From an uncultured delta proteobacterium (GTDB taxonomy: Bacteria > Desulfobacterota > Binatia > Binatales > Binataceae): 64,000 nucleotides of DNA. Under the pieces are notes generated by a model. It did no database searches, was not told where the DNA came from, and worked only from the letters and a program-made list of their open reading frames with translations. Below are positions 9,212 to 18,849 of the stretch, piece by piece (within the stretch, counting starts at the first letter, position 1; every line of letters starts with the position of its first letter). Location: contig CAVXGH010000013.1 in NCBI GenBank assembly GCA_963761255.1, positions 37,184 through 101,183 on the forward strand. The letters run 5' to 3'. The translations under genes were made by a program, and so were the position numbers.

Positions 9212-10129
9212 TCACCATCCAAAGCCTACCGACCCGCTGTATTGCTGGAATGCCTGGCCATTGCCGAATCGGTTGTAGCGCCACTCCGCGCCCACGAAGG
9301 TCTTGTCGAGGATGCGCTGGATCGGCTCCAAATGGACCATTCCCAGGGTCATCTCGGTGCCGAGGCCGAATACGCCGCCACCCTGGACATCCGCATCGTA
9401 ATGACGATAGCCGGAGCCCGGGCCGCTCTTCACCACGATCGGCGTGCTCATCAGATTGATCCACATCCCAGGTCCCGCCAGCGCGTAAGGTTTGATTGCG
9501 GCGAGTTGCGGAAGCCCTACGAGGGCGGGATCCAGGTGATACTGCACGGTCGGCTGGATTTCGACGGTGTCGATCCATGCGCTGGATTCGCTTTTGGTGA
9601 GCACCGCCAGAAGATTGCCGTTGGTAGTCGCGTGATTTCCCTGCACCCATCCCGCCATCAACTCGCCGGTCACGAAACCGCCGGGAATTCCATCCTCATG
9701 TGATAACAACCCATGGTTAAGGAAAGCACCGTAGTAAAACCCGCCCGGCATGTTATAGGGCGATTCGGACCATCCGGTGCGGAAACCGACCTCGAACGGT
9801 ACACGAATCTGCGCCTTTTCGACGGCCGCGACCTGCTCCTGAAGTTTCGGAACCTCATGCTGTAGGCTCGCCACCGGTTGAGTAGACACCTCAACCTGCT
9901 GTTTCAGGCTATCGATCTCAGTTTTCTGCGCTGATAGTTGACCCTGTATGGCGCGGTTTTGCTCTTCCAGCAGTTGGTTCTGCCGCTCGAGGGCCTCGAG
10001 GCGAGCTTCCATGGCGCGCGATGACGAAACTTTGGCGCTGCCTCCGGCTGCCGATGCCGCTACCGGAGCCCCTATTGCCACCATCAGTATCCCAAGTACC
10101 GCTAAATATGCTCCTGAACGCATAGTCAT
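9212..10129 (-). CDS. exported protein with coiled coil and probable C-terminal outer-membrane beta-barrel
   Basis: Signal peptide, Q/E-rich heptad region, alternating amphipathic strands and a C-terminal aromatic residue (SVGFGW). Confidence 0.65.
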   Translation of the reverse strand: MTMRSGAYLAVLGILMVAIGAPVAASAAGGSAKVSSSRAMEARLEALERQNQLLEEQNRAIQGQLSAQKTEIDSLKQQVEVSTQPVASLQHEVPKLQEQVAAVEKAQIRVPFEVGFRTGWSESPYNMPGGFYYGAFLNHGLLSHEDGIPGGFVTGELMAGWVQGNHATTNGNLLAVLTKSESSAWIDTVEIQPTVQYHLDPALVGLPQLAAIKPYALAGPGMWINLMSTPIVVKSGPGSGYRHYDADVQGGGVFGLGTEMTLGMVHLEPIQRILDKTFVGAEWRYNRFGNGQAFQQYSGSVGFGW

Positions 10130-10167
10130 GCCGCGCTAACCTCCTCGGTCACGAACGAGGTCGTTAG

Positions 10168-10184
10168 AGCATGCGGCGTGCCCA
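10168..10184 (-). promoter_or_regulatory. candidate sigma54 (-24/-12) promoter
   Basis: Minus strand TGGGCACG-CCGC-ATGCT has exact GG-N10-GC spacing, about 40 nt upstream of ATG 10129. Confidence 0.55.
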
Positions 10185-10365
10185 AGATTGTGCTGGATGG
10201 CTATCGATTCAAAGCTGACGACGAAATTCGGCCAGCGCGTCCCCTAACGTCCGTTGGACAATCGGCCCAGGATGTCGGCGGATGATTCATCGCTCGACCG
10301 TTCCGTCGATCTGGCGTGATTTTGACGTAGCCGTTCGATGCAGTGGCGCGACCCGCGCCAGCGCA

Positions 10366-11736
10366 TTAGCTATTTGCAGCTATGGCGAAAGGTTCCTCGG
10401 CCGGATCGTTTGAGAAATCCGAAAGCCGCGCGATGTAGTCTTTGCCGAAGCGCAGCTGGTCGTGCAGATGAGTATAGAAAAACTGGCCACCGCGACCGAT
10501 CAGATCGAGGTTGGATATCGATCCGAGCGCCTCGATGATTCGCGCCACCCGCGCCTGGTAGTTGAGCGAATAAACCGGGTAGGCATTCGCTAAAAAGTGA
10601 TGCCGCCATTCAACCACCTTCGCCGTACTGATGATCCCGATGCTGTCGAGTTCGGCAAGCACGCGGGCCGCGAGGTCGTCGGTCGGGGTCGCATAGATCG
10701 CATCGTCGGTGAAGCAGGGCACCTCAACCACCAGCGAAGTCTCGCCGGACGGCGCCATCTTGGGCGAGCGATTGCGGGGTTCATACATACGCGTCACGCA
10801 CATCTTTGGATCGGGGATGTAGATCGATGCGTTGTCGGAGACGCGCGGCTGCGCGAGGCGCAGGAAGAACAGCCTGATGTGGCGAAAGCGCAAACCCGAG
10901 GCCGCCTCACGAACTTCGTCAGAGACATCGTCGCCGAGGAATTTTACCGTCAGCGTGAGCGGCAAGGTCGAGACGACGCGAGATTCGGGATCGTAATGAG
11001 GTCTGTCTTCGAAGTGAATCCGCCGGAGGCGATTGCGATCGCATTCCAGGCGCACGATATCGTGCCCGGTGCGCACCGACTCGCCGGGTAGAGTAGCTTC
11101 CAGCGTCTCGACGATATGGCCGTAACCCTCGCGCGGATAAAGGAAGCTTCCGTCGATGTGGGTAGTCTTCTTTTTCGGAAACAGCACCTCGAAAAACAGC
11201 GAGGTCAACGTCATCCCTTGCAGGCGGCGCGTAGCTACATCGGGGGAGAGCTGATCAGCGGGCAAGCCCCACAGCTTCTCGGAATAGTTCAGCAGCAATC
11301 GACGCGCGAGCGTCTCACCGAACTGACTCACGGCGAAATCGGCGAATGAAACCGCAGGGGTGGAGCGGCGGCGCGACCGAATCAGCTCGACGCCGATACG
11401 GCCGGTTTCCCACAAGTTGAAACCCGAGAAGAGCACGTTGAGCGGGGTGGGAGGGAAATCGATGAAGCGTCCGCGGTCGTAGATCTTGCTGGGCGCGGTG
11501 ACGGAAAGCAGCTCGTCACCCATCATCGCACGAACGTCAGCGGTTATCTCGGGGTCGCGATCATGGAACCGATGCGCTCCGCAGTCATAGGAATGTTCGC
11601 CGAGCCGCAGGGTCCGGCAGAGGCCGCCCAGACGCGAGGATTTCTCGAATAGCTGGAATGGCACGCCCGCGCGATGGGCATAAAAGGCGGTAGCTAAACC
11701 GGCCGGCCCCCCGCCGAGGATGGTTACTGCTTGCAC
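10366..11736 (-). CDS. FAD-dependent oxidoreductase (protoporphyrinogen oxidase / UDP-galactopyranose mutase-like)
   Basis: GGGPAG dinucleotide motif, EK...GGLC, D.GAHRF, AYPVY and GRGG.F.Y motifs. Confidence 0.8.
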   Translation of the reverse strand: MQAVTILGGGPAGLATAFYAHRAGVPFQLFEKSSRLGGLCRTLRLGEHSYDCGAHRFHDRDPEITADVRAMMGDELLSVTAPSKIYDRGRFIDFPPTPLNVLFSGFNLWETGRIGVELIRSRRRSTPAVSFADFAVSQFGETLARRLLLNYSEKLWGLPADQLSPDVATRRLQGMTLTSLFFEVLFPKKKTTHIDGSFLYPREGYGHIVETLEATLPGESVRTGHDIVRLECDRNRLRRIHFEDRPHYDPESRVVSTLPLTLTVKFLGDDVSDEVREAASGLRFRHIRLFFLRLAQPRVSDNASIYIPDPKMCVTRMYEPRNRSPKMAPSGETSLVVEVPCFTDDAIYATPTDDLAARVLAELDSIGIISTAKVVEWRHHFLANAYPVYSLNYQARVARIIEALGSISNLDLIGRGGQFFYTHLHDQLRFGKDYIARLSDFSNDPAEEPFAIAANS

Positions 11737-12013
11737 GTAGCCCCCATTGTTGCTCGCAAAGCCTTAGCATAAGCCGCGACCGGAAGCGCTAAGGAGCCGT
11801 ACCACACTATTTGGCGTAACCCGCCCGAGGCAAGTAAATCCTACGCATTTCAGGATCGGTGGCGAGCCAGCGATAGTACGCGTGCGATGGCACTTGGCGT
11901 CACCGTCCCAAAAAGCCTTCCAGCGTCATGAGTCGCCGGACGCCCAGCCATTCGCATAGGATGTAGAATAGACCATCCGCGCGGCGGCTCGATAAAGCGA
12001 TGGAAAGTGTTCG

Positions 12014-12670
12014 GTGATAGTGACCGCAAACGACTATTGGTTAGCGCTGGAAGAGCCGTGGCGGACGGCAGTCACACTGGCGTGGGAGGGTTACGTCGGC
12101 GGCAACGTGGGAGTTGGCGCGGTTCTGACTGATCCTGACGGACGTGTTGTGGCAGTTGGACGAAATCGCGGGTCGGACATCGAAGCACCGCCAGGCAGGC
12201 TTCGCTCGACGCCCATCGCCCACGCCGAGCTTGATGTCCTGGGACAATTGAGGCCCGGGGACTACGGACGCCACACGCTCTGGACCACGCTCGAACCCTG
12301 CCCGCTCTGTTCCATGGCCATTATCATGAGCAACGTCGGGGATGTTGCTTTTGCAGCAAGCGACCGGCTCTGGGACGGAATATCCCGGCTCACAGAACTC
12401 AACGAATTCATCGCAAGCCGTTGGCCTGTCCGGCGCGGACCACTTGGCGGCGCGATTTCCGTCTTCTCGGAATTGCTTCCCCTTGTTTGGTTTCTGGAGC
12501 ATAAGCCGAGTGGAAGTGTCGTCGCGAAGTACGAAAGCCAACATCCACGACTTCTGGCGCTCGCCGGTACCCTTCGCAAAGATGGGCGATTGAGGGCTCT
12601 CAGGGCCGATTCGGTCGATGTTGCGCTGAGTCAACTTTGGACCGATCTTACAGCGATCGAAGCTGCATAA
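12014..12670 (+). CDS. zinc-dependent nucleoside/nucleotide deaminase (TadA/CDA fold) with C-terminal extension
   Basis: VGAVL, HAE and TLEPCPLC motifs. Confidence 0.85.
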   Translation: MIVTANDYWLALEEPWRTAVTLAWEGYVGGNVGVGAVLTDPDGRVVAVGRNRGSDIEAPPGRLRSTPIAHAELDVLGQLRPGDYGRHTLWTTLEPCPLCSMAIIMSNVGDVAFAASDRLWDGISRLTELNEFIASRWPVRRGPLGGAISVFSELLPLVWFLEHKPSGSVVAKYESQHPRLLALAGTLRKDGRLRALRADSVDVALSQLWTDLTAIEAA

Positions 12671-12726
12671 CTGTCGGACGCGACCAGCCGACCGTCACAA
12701 GTATCTGATCTTATTGGGAGAAAGAT

Positions 12727-12769
12727 TGGAGCGGGCGACTGCGGTCGAACCTGCGGGGTTCAGTTTGGG
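12727..12769 (-). pseudogene. degenerate 3' half of tRNA-Gly(CCC); probable att-site remnant
   Basis: Minus strand reads CCCAAACTGAACCCCGCAGGTTCGACCGCAGTCGCCCGCTCCA: anticodon CCC, T-loop GTTCGA, acceptor CCCGC-T-CCA. The 5' half is missing and the T-stem is degraded. Confidence 0.65.
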
Positions 12770-13251
12770 CTGCGCAACGAGCCGGGACAGTCAAGGAAAC
12801 ACGAGAGGATGTCGAGGAATTCTGGAGTTAAAAGATCTGGGACACGTACGTTGACTCAAAGATTTTTTGTCCTCTCCAACTTCCATCCTCTGAAGACGAA
12901 AGAGCTTCCAATACGAGAGCCAGACTGGGTCGGCCAGCGCCGAATCGACCATCTCGACGATCCCGAAATCGACGCGGCGGCCGCTTTGCCGTCAAGGAAG
13001 GCCGACAAATGCGTTTCGCGCTCGGATGGACGTTTGTGCTAACCATATGCGTTAAATTAGTCCTCTCGCATACAGATTGGCCGCCGATTTGAGGGCAACA
13101 GTCTCGCGGCTGGTGAGGCCCGGTATCGTCGGGATAAAATGATGCCGTGCCTACCATTCGTTAGGTAAAGGCGATAGGCCCGCGGTGGAGAGACAAGGGA
13201 AGCGAAATTGTGAGTTCCGGAGAAAGATCCGCTCGTTAAGAGCGGCGCACG

Positions 13252-14748
13252 ATGAATGAACCAATCAAGAACCCTACCCGGATAGATCCACCGCGCTATT
13301 TCCATCTGCTCTGGGACGAAGACCTCGACGAGTTGCGCGGGGTCCTGACCGCGGTGCGCGATCGGCGCGCCGAAGTCGTCAGCGTCTGGTACGAACTATA
13401 TCAACTGCATTTCGGGGATCGGCGCGCGCTGTCGGAAGCCGAGTTCCGCAGCATCTTCGAACCCGCGCTGCTGCGCAACCAGGAGTGTCTGCTGCAGAAA
13501 GACATGGACGGCTACGCGCGCGCGATTCTGAAACTCGGCGAGGAGCTGGCCGAGCATCATGTGCCGCTGCAGGAAATCATCGCGTCGCTGCATCTGTTTG
13601 AAGAAGCGGCGCAGGCGGTGTTTCCTCAAGAGCCGGCCCCCACGACTGAAGTTTACAACAAATTCGACAAGCTCAGTCACATCCGGATTATTCTGCTGGT
13701 CGATTCGTATTCGCGATCGCAGTGGGCTTCGGCCGCGACCCGCATCCACGCGCTGGAACTGGAAGCCAAATACCTTCCGCCCGAGGAGCGCACGCGTTTT
13801 CACGGGCTGGTCGGGAAGAGCCTGGCGATGCGCGAACTCTATCGGCGCATCGAGGCGGTCGGGCGCGCTCGTGCCATCGCGTTGATAGTCGGGGAGAGCG
13901 GAACCGGCAAGGAACTGGTCGCGCGTGCGGTCCACGAATGCGGCCCCAATCCGAACTCGCCCTTCGTGCCGCTCAACTGTGCCGCCCTTCCGAAGGAACT
14001 CATCGAGAGCGAACTGTTCGGCTACAAGCGCGGCGCATTCAGCGGCGCAACGGCGGAATATCTCGGTCTGTTCCGCGCCGCGGAAGGCGGCACGCTCTTC
14101 CTCGATGAAATCACCGAGATGAACCCGGACACGCAGAGCAAGCTGCTGCGCGCGATCCAGGAACGCAAGGTGCGGCCGGTCGGCGCGAGTGCCGAGGTTT
14201 CCGTCGATGTGCGCGTGATCGCCTCGACCAATCGCGATCCGGAGCAGGCGCTGCAGGATCGGGTGTTCCGCCAGGATCTGTACTATCGGCTGCAGGCGAG
14301 CATCCTGCGCGTGCCGCCCTTGCGCGATCGCGCCGAGGATATCCCGCTGCTGGCCGGGCATTTTATCGATCTGTTCAATCAGAAGCTGGTGCGTCCGACC
14401 CAGGTCACCGGCATCGAGGAGAATGCGCTGCAGGCGCTGCGGGAATATCCGTGGCCGGGAAATGTGCGCGAACTCTCCAATGCGATCGAAGGCGCGTTCA
14501 TTTTCGGCCGCACCGCGATGATCGAGCTATCCAACTTGCCCCCCGCCATCAGCGGCAAACGCGGTCAGGGCGGCGCGCAGCCGGGCGGGGTCAATGTCGC
14601 GGTCGGCACTTTCGCGGAGGCCGAGCGCGATATCATCGCGCGGGCGTTGGAGATGGCGGGCGGAAACAAAGTGCATGCGGCGCGGACGCTGAAGATCTCG
14701 CGCAAGCGGCTGTACGCGAAAATCGAAAAGTACGGCCTCGAAAACTAG
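13252..14748 (+). CDS. sigma54-dependent enhancer-binding activator (AAA+ and Fis HTH) with N-terminal globin/RsbR-N-like helical domain
   Basis: GESGTGKE Walker A, ESELFG..GAFSGA, LFLDEI Walker [30 protein letters not shown]. The N-terminal ~170 aa are all-helical with no receiver signature. Confidence 0.92.
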   Translation: MNEPIKNPTRIDPPRYFHLLWDEDLDELRGVLTAVRDRRAEVVSVWYELYQLHFGDRRALSEAEFRSIFEPALLRNQECLLQKDMDGYARAILKLGEELAEHHVPLQEIIASLHLFEEAAQAVFPQEPAPTTEVYNKFDKLSHIRIILLVDSYSRSQWASAATRIHALELEAKYLPPEERTRFHGLVGKSLAMRELYRRIEAVGRARAIALIVGESGTGKELVARAVHECGPNPNSPFVPLNCAALPKELIESELFGYKRGAFSGATAEYLGLFRAAEGGTLFLDEITEMNPDTQSKLLRAIQERKVRPVGASAEVSVDVRVIASTNRDPEQALQDRVFRQDLYYRLQASILRVPPLRDRAEDIPLLAGHFIDLFNQKLVRPTQVTGIEENALQALREYPWPGNVRELSNAIEGAFIFGRTAMIELSNLPPAISGKRGQGGAQPGGVNVAVGTFAEAERDIIARALEMAGGNKVHAARTLKISRKRLYAKIEKYGLEN

Positions 14749-14754
14749 CGCGTC

Positions 14755-15195
14755 TCAGCGCATCGCCTGGCGGCGATCCTGGATGGTGTCGAGGTAGGCG
14801 ACAATTTTGCCGATTATCTCGCTGATGCCGAGTTCGCCGCGCTCGCCCTGCCCCATCGCATAGAGACGCTCGCCCCACACCGGCATGTCGGCGGTGCCAT
14901 GGGCTCGGACCGCATCGCGTCCGTCGATGAGTTCCGCAAGCTTCGCGGCCGGAAGCGGCGAGCCAAACCGGTCGGAAAGCAGGCGCAGGTTGGCGGGCGG
15001 CTTGGTGAGGCTTTTCGCGACGGGGCCATCGCCGGTGCCGTTGGTCCCGTGGCAGGAGGCGCAGTAGCGGACGAAATATTTCCGGCCGTCGCGGACGTCA
15101 TCCGCATTGACGTTCTTGTCACCGGCCCGAGCCATCGACCCGAATGCGAGGCTCGCCAACACAGCCGCTATCAGACAAAGGTTTCTTCGCTTCAT
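14755..15195 (-). CDS. class I c-type cytochrome
   Basis: Signal peptide, CASCH and distal AHGTADMPVWG. Confidence 0.9.
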   Translation of the reverse strand: MKRRNLCLIAAVLASLAFGSMARAGDKNVNADDVRDGRKYFVRYCASCHGTNGTGDGPVAKSLTKPPANLRLLSDRFGSPLPAAKLAELIDGRDAVRAHGTADMPVWGERLYAMGQGERGELGISEIIGKIVAYLDTIQDRRQAMR

Positions 15196-15303
15196 TTTCA
15201 CTCGCGCGCGACGATGATGCAGCTATCCTTGCCCGCGCGGTTATCGGTGCGCAAGGTCGCGTTTAGACTTCGGTGGGTATTCAAGTTCTCGCGGGCGCGT
15301 GGA

Positions 15304-15696
15304 CTACTCCGATTTCACGATTTTTGAAATCTTGAAAATGTTTAATCCGTTGGGTCCAGTTTCAGAGACAACTGAATAGCTCGGATCTGGATTTTCGAGG
15401 TTGGGACAGCAATATGTTCCCGCCGGAGACTGCCATTCCGCATAACACATGCTGTCATGCTCTCCGGATTTCCCGAGCAGGACCACCTCAGCGAAGAAAG
15501 TGCCATCCCCCGATGAACCAATAGTGTGGGGGTGGAGAATCGTCCAGTTCGACATGGCATCCACCGTTTCACTGGTCGATCCCAGGGAACCGAATCCGCA
15601 GATAGCGATGTCGATGTAACAGGCGGCGTTAACGGCCGTAGTTACCAGCGACAGGGCCATAGCGGTCGAAAGAATGGCGATCGCCTTGAGCCTCAT
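15304..15696 (-). CDS. hypothetical secreted Cys-containing protein
   Basis: Signal peptide ending VNA-A, five Cys, start overlaps the upstream stop (ATGA). Confidence 0.6.
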   Translation of the reverse strand: MRLKAIAILSTAMALSLVTTAVNAACYIDIAICGFGSLGSTSETVDAMSNWTILHPHTIGSSGDGTFFAEVVLLGKSGEHDSMCYAEWQSPAGTYCCPNLENPDPSYSVVSETGPNGLNIFKISKIVKSE

Positions 15697-16070
15697 TGCG
15701 GTTTTTTCCCGTTCTGCAGATGGAGGAGGCGCTGCATCAGCAGAATGACGTCGCCGGGAATCAGCGGCTTCGCGGTGTAGAAGAGGACGCCGCGGGTGCG
15801 CGCCTGTTTTTCATTCTCGTGATCGTGGTTGCCGGCAACATAGATGATCGAAGCCCTGGAGGCGTATCGTTGGATCTCGCTCAAGGCGTGGCCGCGATCC
15901 GAGGCCGGCACGGATTGATCATCGAAAATCACCAGCCGCACGTTGGGCTCGCGGACCAGATTGGAGATCTCAGCGATTTTGGGCTTGATTACCGACCATT
16001 CAGGCTGTGCAACGCCATCGATGGTTTGGATCAACTGCTCGTCATTGGAGAGCAGGGCGAGTATCGGCAT
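15693..16070 (-). CDS. single-domain response-regulator receiver-like protein
   Basis: RLVIFDD, IIYVAG and FYTAKP motifs. Start may instead be at 16115. Confidence 0.7.
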   Translation of the reverse strand: MPILALLSNDEQLIQTIDGVAQPEWSVIKPKIAEISNLVREPNVRLVIFDDQSVPASDRGHALSEIQRYASRASIIYVAGNHDHENEKQARTRGVLFYTAKPLIPGDVILLMQRLLHLQNGKKPQ

Positions 16071-16123
16071 CACGCCGTTTGAAGCAGGACCTCGCGGTTG
16101 GATTTTTCGCGCCATCTGCCGGA

Positions 16124-16378
16124 TCAACTTTGCGAAATCGAATCCATAGCCGCATGGTCGACCCATGCACCATGGCCTTCCGGACACGCTAACAAATGCG
16201 TTTTGCCGACGGTCGCTGGACGCAGGGTGGTTCCGCACTTGAGGCAGTGAAGCGCGCTGGTCGATTTCTTACGAATCTGCTCGAGCAATTCGGCGTCTTG
16301 CTGGCGAGCCCATTGATTTTCCAGCGCAGCCTCAGCGTCGTGGAGGGTTTGTCCGAGCCGGTCTTTCTCGCTAGCCAT
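16124..16378 (-). CDS. zf-TFIIB-type zinc-ribbon protein
   Basis: Helical N-terminus followed by CLKC...CPEGHGAWVD; GGAGG RBS before ATG 16378. Confidence 0.8.
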   Translation of the reverse strand: MASEKDRLGQTLHDAEAALENQWARQQDAELLEQIRKKSTSALHCLKCGTTLRPATVGKTHLLACPEGHGAWVDHAAMDSISQS

Positions 16379-16418
16379 GGTCGCCTCCAAAGTTGCGTGC
16401 CTCATGAGGGAGCAGGAT

Positions 16419-16435
16419 TGCAAACCTCCTGCCAA
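16419..16435 (-). promoter_or_regulatory. sigma54 (-24/-12) promoter
   Basis: Minus strand TTGGCAGG-AGGT-TTGCA closely matches TGGCACG-N4-TTGCW, about 40 nt before ATG 16378. Confidence 0.72.
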
Positions 16436-16640
16436 CGACTTCGCGGTATGGAAATCATTCAAAAAGCTCGCGTTGCGATGGCTTGGGCAGTCCGGATCGC
16501 GGCAGCACTTGAGGTCCGCTGGCACCGATCGCTACATCTCATCGGTGATGGGGCGCCCGCTGAACCTTTTGATGGGCATAGCAATCGATTCGCTCATAAA
16601 TGCTATGGATTACCGACCCATCCTTATCAGCGAGGATCCG

Positions 16641-17048
16641 ATGCGCGGGATAGCAAACCAGACCATATTTCTGGCCGCATTCATTTTGGCAATGGCGGCT
16701 GGAAAGGCCATCGCGCAGTCATCCGGACAACAAGACTTCATGCGGGATTGCGCCGAGTGTCACGGCACCGATGGCAAGGAGGCGCAGGCGGAGAAACGCG
16801 CCGCGCCCGGCTACATCTCGGTCGATCTGACCCAAATCAGTAAACAGCATGGTGGTGAGTTTCCCCGTCAGCAGGTTTACGACGCGATCGACGGGAGCCA
16901 TCGTATCGCGGCGCACTTTCGGGGTGATATGCCGCGCTGGGCCGGACGTTATAAAATCGATGAGAAGGATCAATCCGGCGCCGGGCAGCGCGTGCATCAA
17001 AGGATTTCGGCGCTGGTGGACTTCATCCAATCGATCCAGGAAAAGTAA
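16641..17048 (+). CDS. class I c-type cytochrome (same family as 14755..15195)
   Basis: Signal peptide, CAECH and IDG...AAHFRGDMPRW; start at ATG 16641 after GAGG. Confidence 0.88.
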   Translation: MRGIANQTIFLAAFILAMAAGKAIAQSSGQQDFMRDCAECHGTDGKEAQAEKRAAPGYISVDLTQISKQHGGEFPRQQVYDAIDGSHRIAAHFRGDMPRWAGRYKIDEKDQSGAGQRVHQRISALVDFIQSIQEK

Positions 17049-17062
17049 ACAGAATTACGCGT

Positions 17063-18682
17063 ATGGCAGCGCCCGCGAAAACCACGGCTGAACCCACCAC
17101 CACGTCGCTTCCGGCGATAATGGAAGCCATGCTGCAGCCCGGGTTTTTTCCCGAGCATCCGGATAAGGTCGAACTGATTCAGACCCACATCTCGTATGTC
17201 TTCATCGCGGGCGCCTTCGTGTACAAGCTCAAGAAGGCAGTGCGCTTCTCATTCCTCGATTGCCACCAGCTGCGCGATCGCCGCCATCTTTGCGAGGAAG
17301 AAATTCGTCTCAACCGCAGGCTAGCGCCCGATGTCTATGTGGGTATGTTTCCGATTCTTCGGGCCGGTTCCGGCTTCGTGTTGGGTGAGCAGGCGACTCA
17401 TCATCAACATGCGATCGACTACGTCCTGAAGATGCGACGTCTGCCCGACGAATGCATGCTCGATCGCAAGCTGGCGCGCGGTGAAGTTGACCGCGCAACT
17501 ATTCGTTCCATAGCCTCGGTCGTCGCCGGTTTTTATCGGACCGCCGACTCCGCGCGAGCCTCGCGATACGCGGTGGCGTCCGAATTGTGGCGCCTCGTCA
17601 TCGGCGAGATTTCTCAAATGGAGCGCGTGGTCGGAGCGACGCTAAACGCCGAAGAGCTTTCCACCATCGAGAATTACCTGCGCGGATTCATCACCTCGCA
17701 TTGGAAAATGCTCAACGGGCGAGTGGATGCCGGCCGCGTGCGCGAGGGGCATGGCGACCTGCGCTGCGAGCACATCTGCATCGAGGACAGCAAAATCTCG
17801 ATCTTCGATTGCGTGGAATTCAGCGAGCGGCTACGCACCTGTGACCTCGCATCCGAGGTAGCGTTCCTTGCGATGGATCTCGATCGTCTCGGTGCTCCTC
17901 AGCTCGCGGATGAGCTGATCGGCGCCATCGCGGAAGCGACCGAAGATGAGAGCCTCCCGCTGCTCGTGCCGTTTTACAAATGCTACCGCGCCATCATTCG
18001 CGGCGTGGTGGAAACCCTGCGCAGCCGGGAGGCGGAAATCGGCGACGCGCAGCGCGAGTCCGCGACCGCTCTCGCCAGGAAATACTTAGCACTCGCAGTT
18101 GCATACGCGCGCGATTCCGCGCCGACCGTCATCGTGGTATGCGGCCTGTCGGGCACCGGCAAATCCACCGTCGCGCAAATGCTGCATTATCGATTCGGGT
18201 TCCCCATCATCAATTCGGATCGGACGCGGAAGAAGCTCGCTGCGATGCCGGTCGAACGCCATGCGGCCGACGCCTACAAGGCCGGCATCTACACCGACGC
18301 AATCACGGAATCGACGTACGCGGCGATGCTGGACGATGCCGCGCATCAGTTGCGTGACCAAAACGGCGTCATTCTTGATGCGACATACCAGGACCCGAGG
18401 CATCGCAAGGCCGTGCTCGAACTTGCCGCGCGGGCGAAGGTGAAAATCCTTTTCATCGAATGCCGCGCCGATGATGCGGAAGTCCGCCGCCGACTCATCG
18501 AACGTCAGCAGGCTGGCAAGAATCCCTCGGATGCGACGGTCGAAGTTTACTTGCGTCAGCGTTACGATTTCGTCGCGCTGACGGAAATAGCCGCATCGAG
18601 TCATCTGACAGTGGACAGTACGCATCAAAGCGAAGATATCCTGAGCGCAGTGAAAAATGCCATGGAGCGGCTAAGCCGCTAA
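17063..18682 (+). CDS. APH-like kinase fused to AAA_33 P-loop kinase (Rv2004c-like)
   Basis: QTHISYVF, YKLKK, GHGDLRCEHI and FDCVEF; C-terminal GLSGTGKST. Confidence 0.88.
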   Translation: MAAPAKTTAEPTTTSLPAIMEAMLQPGFFPEHPDKVELIQTHISYVFIAGAFVYKLKKAVRFSFLDCHQLRDRRHLCEEEIRLNRRLAPDVYVGMFPILRAGSGFVLGEQATHHQHAIDYVLKMRRLPDECMLDRKLARGEVDRATIRSIASVVAGFYRTADSARASRYAVASELWRLVIGEISQMERVVGATLNAEELSTIENYLRGFITSHWKMLNGRVDAGRVREGHGDLRCEHICIEDSKISIFDCVEFSERLRTCDLASEVAFLAMDLDRLGAPQLADELIGAIAEATEDESLPLLVPFYKCYRAIIRGVVETLRSREAEIGDAQRESATALARKYLALAVAYARDSAPTVIVVCGLSGTGKSTVAQMLHYRFGFPIINSDRTRKKLAAMPVERHAADAYKAGIYTDAITESTYAAMLDDAAHQLRDQNGVILDATYQDPRHRKAVLELAARAKVKILFIECRADDAEVRRRLIERQQAGKNPSDATVEVYLRQRYDFVALTEIAASSHLTVDSTHQSEDILSAVKNAMERLSR

Positions 18683-18849
18683 ATGCTTGCCGTTAAAGCG
18701 AAATTTATTGCCAGGCCGTTTACTCCCGCGCATAAACCACGTATAAAGTTGTTGAAACCGCTCGGACGCATCCCCTCACCTAAGCGCCGGAATTTCTCCC
18801 CGCTTTTCTGTTCGCGAGCTTCCCAGCACTAAAGTAAGGAGGCCCCTAA

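Noticed and set aside
12790-13250. Short ORFs between the tRNA remnant and the sigma54 activator
   Set aside because: No recognisable domain or consistent frame; possibly a decayed remnant.
16520-16590. Plus-strand sigma54 promoter for the cytochrome c at 16641 (TGGCAC at 16520)
   Set aside because: No GC at the required 10-nt spacing.
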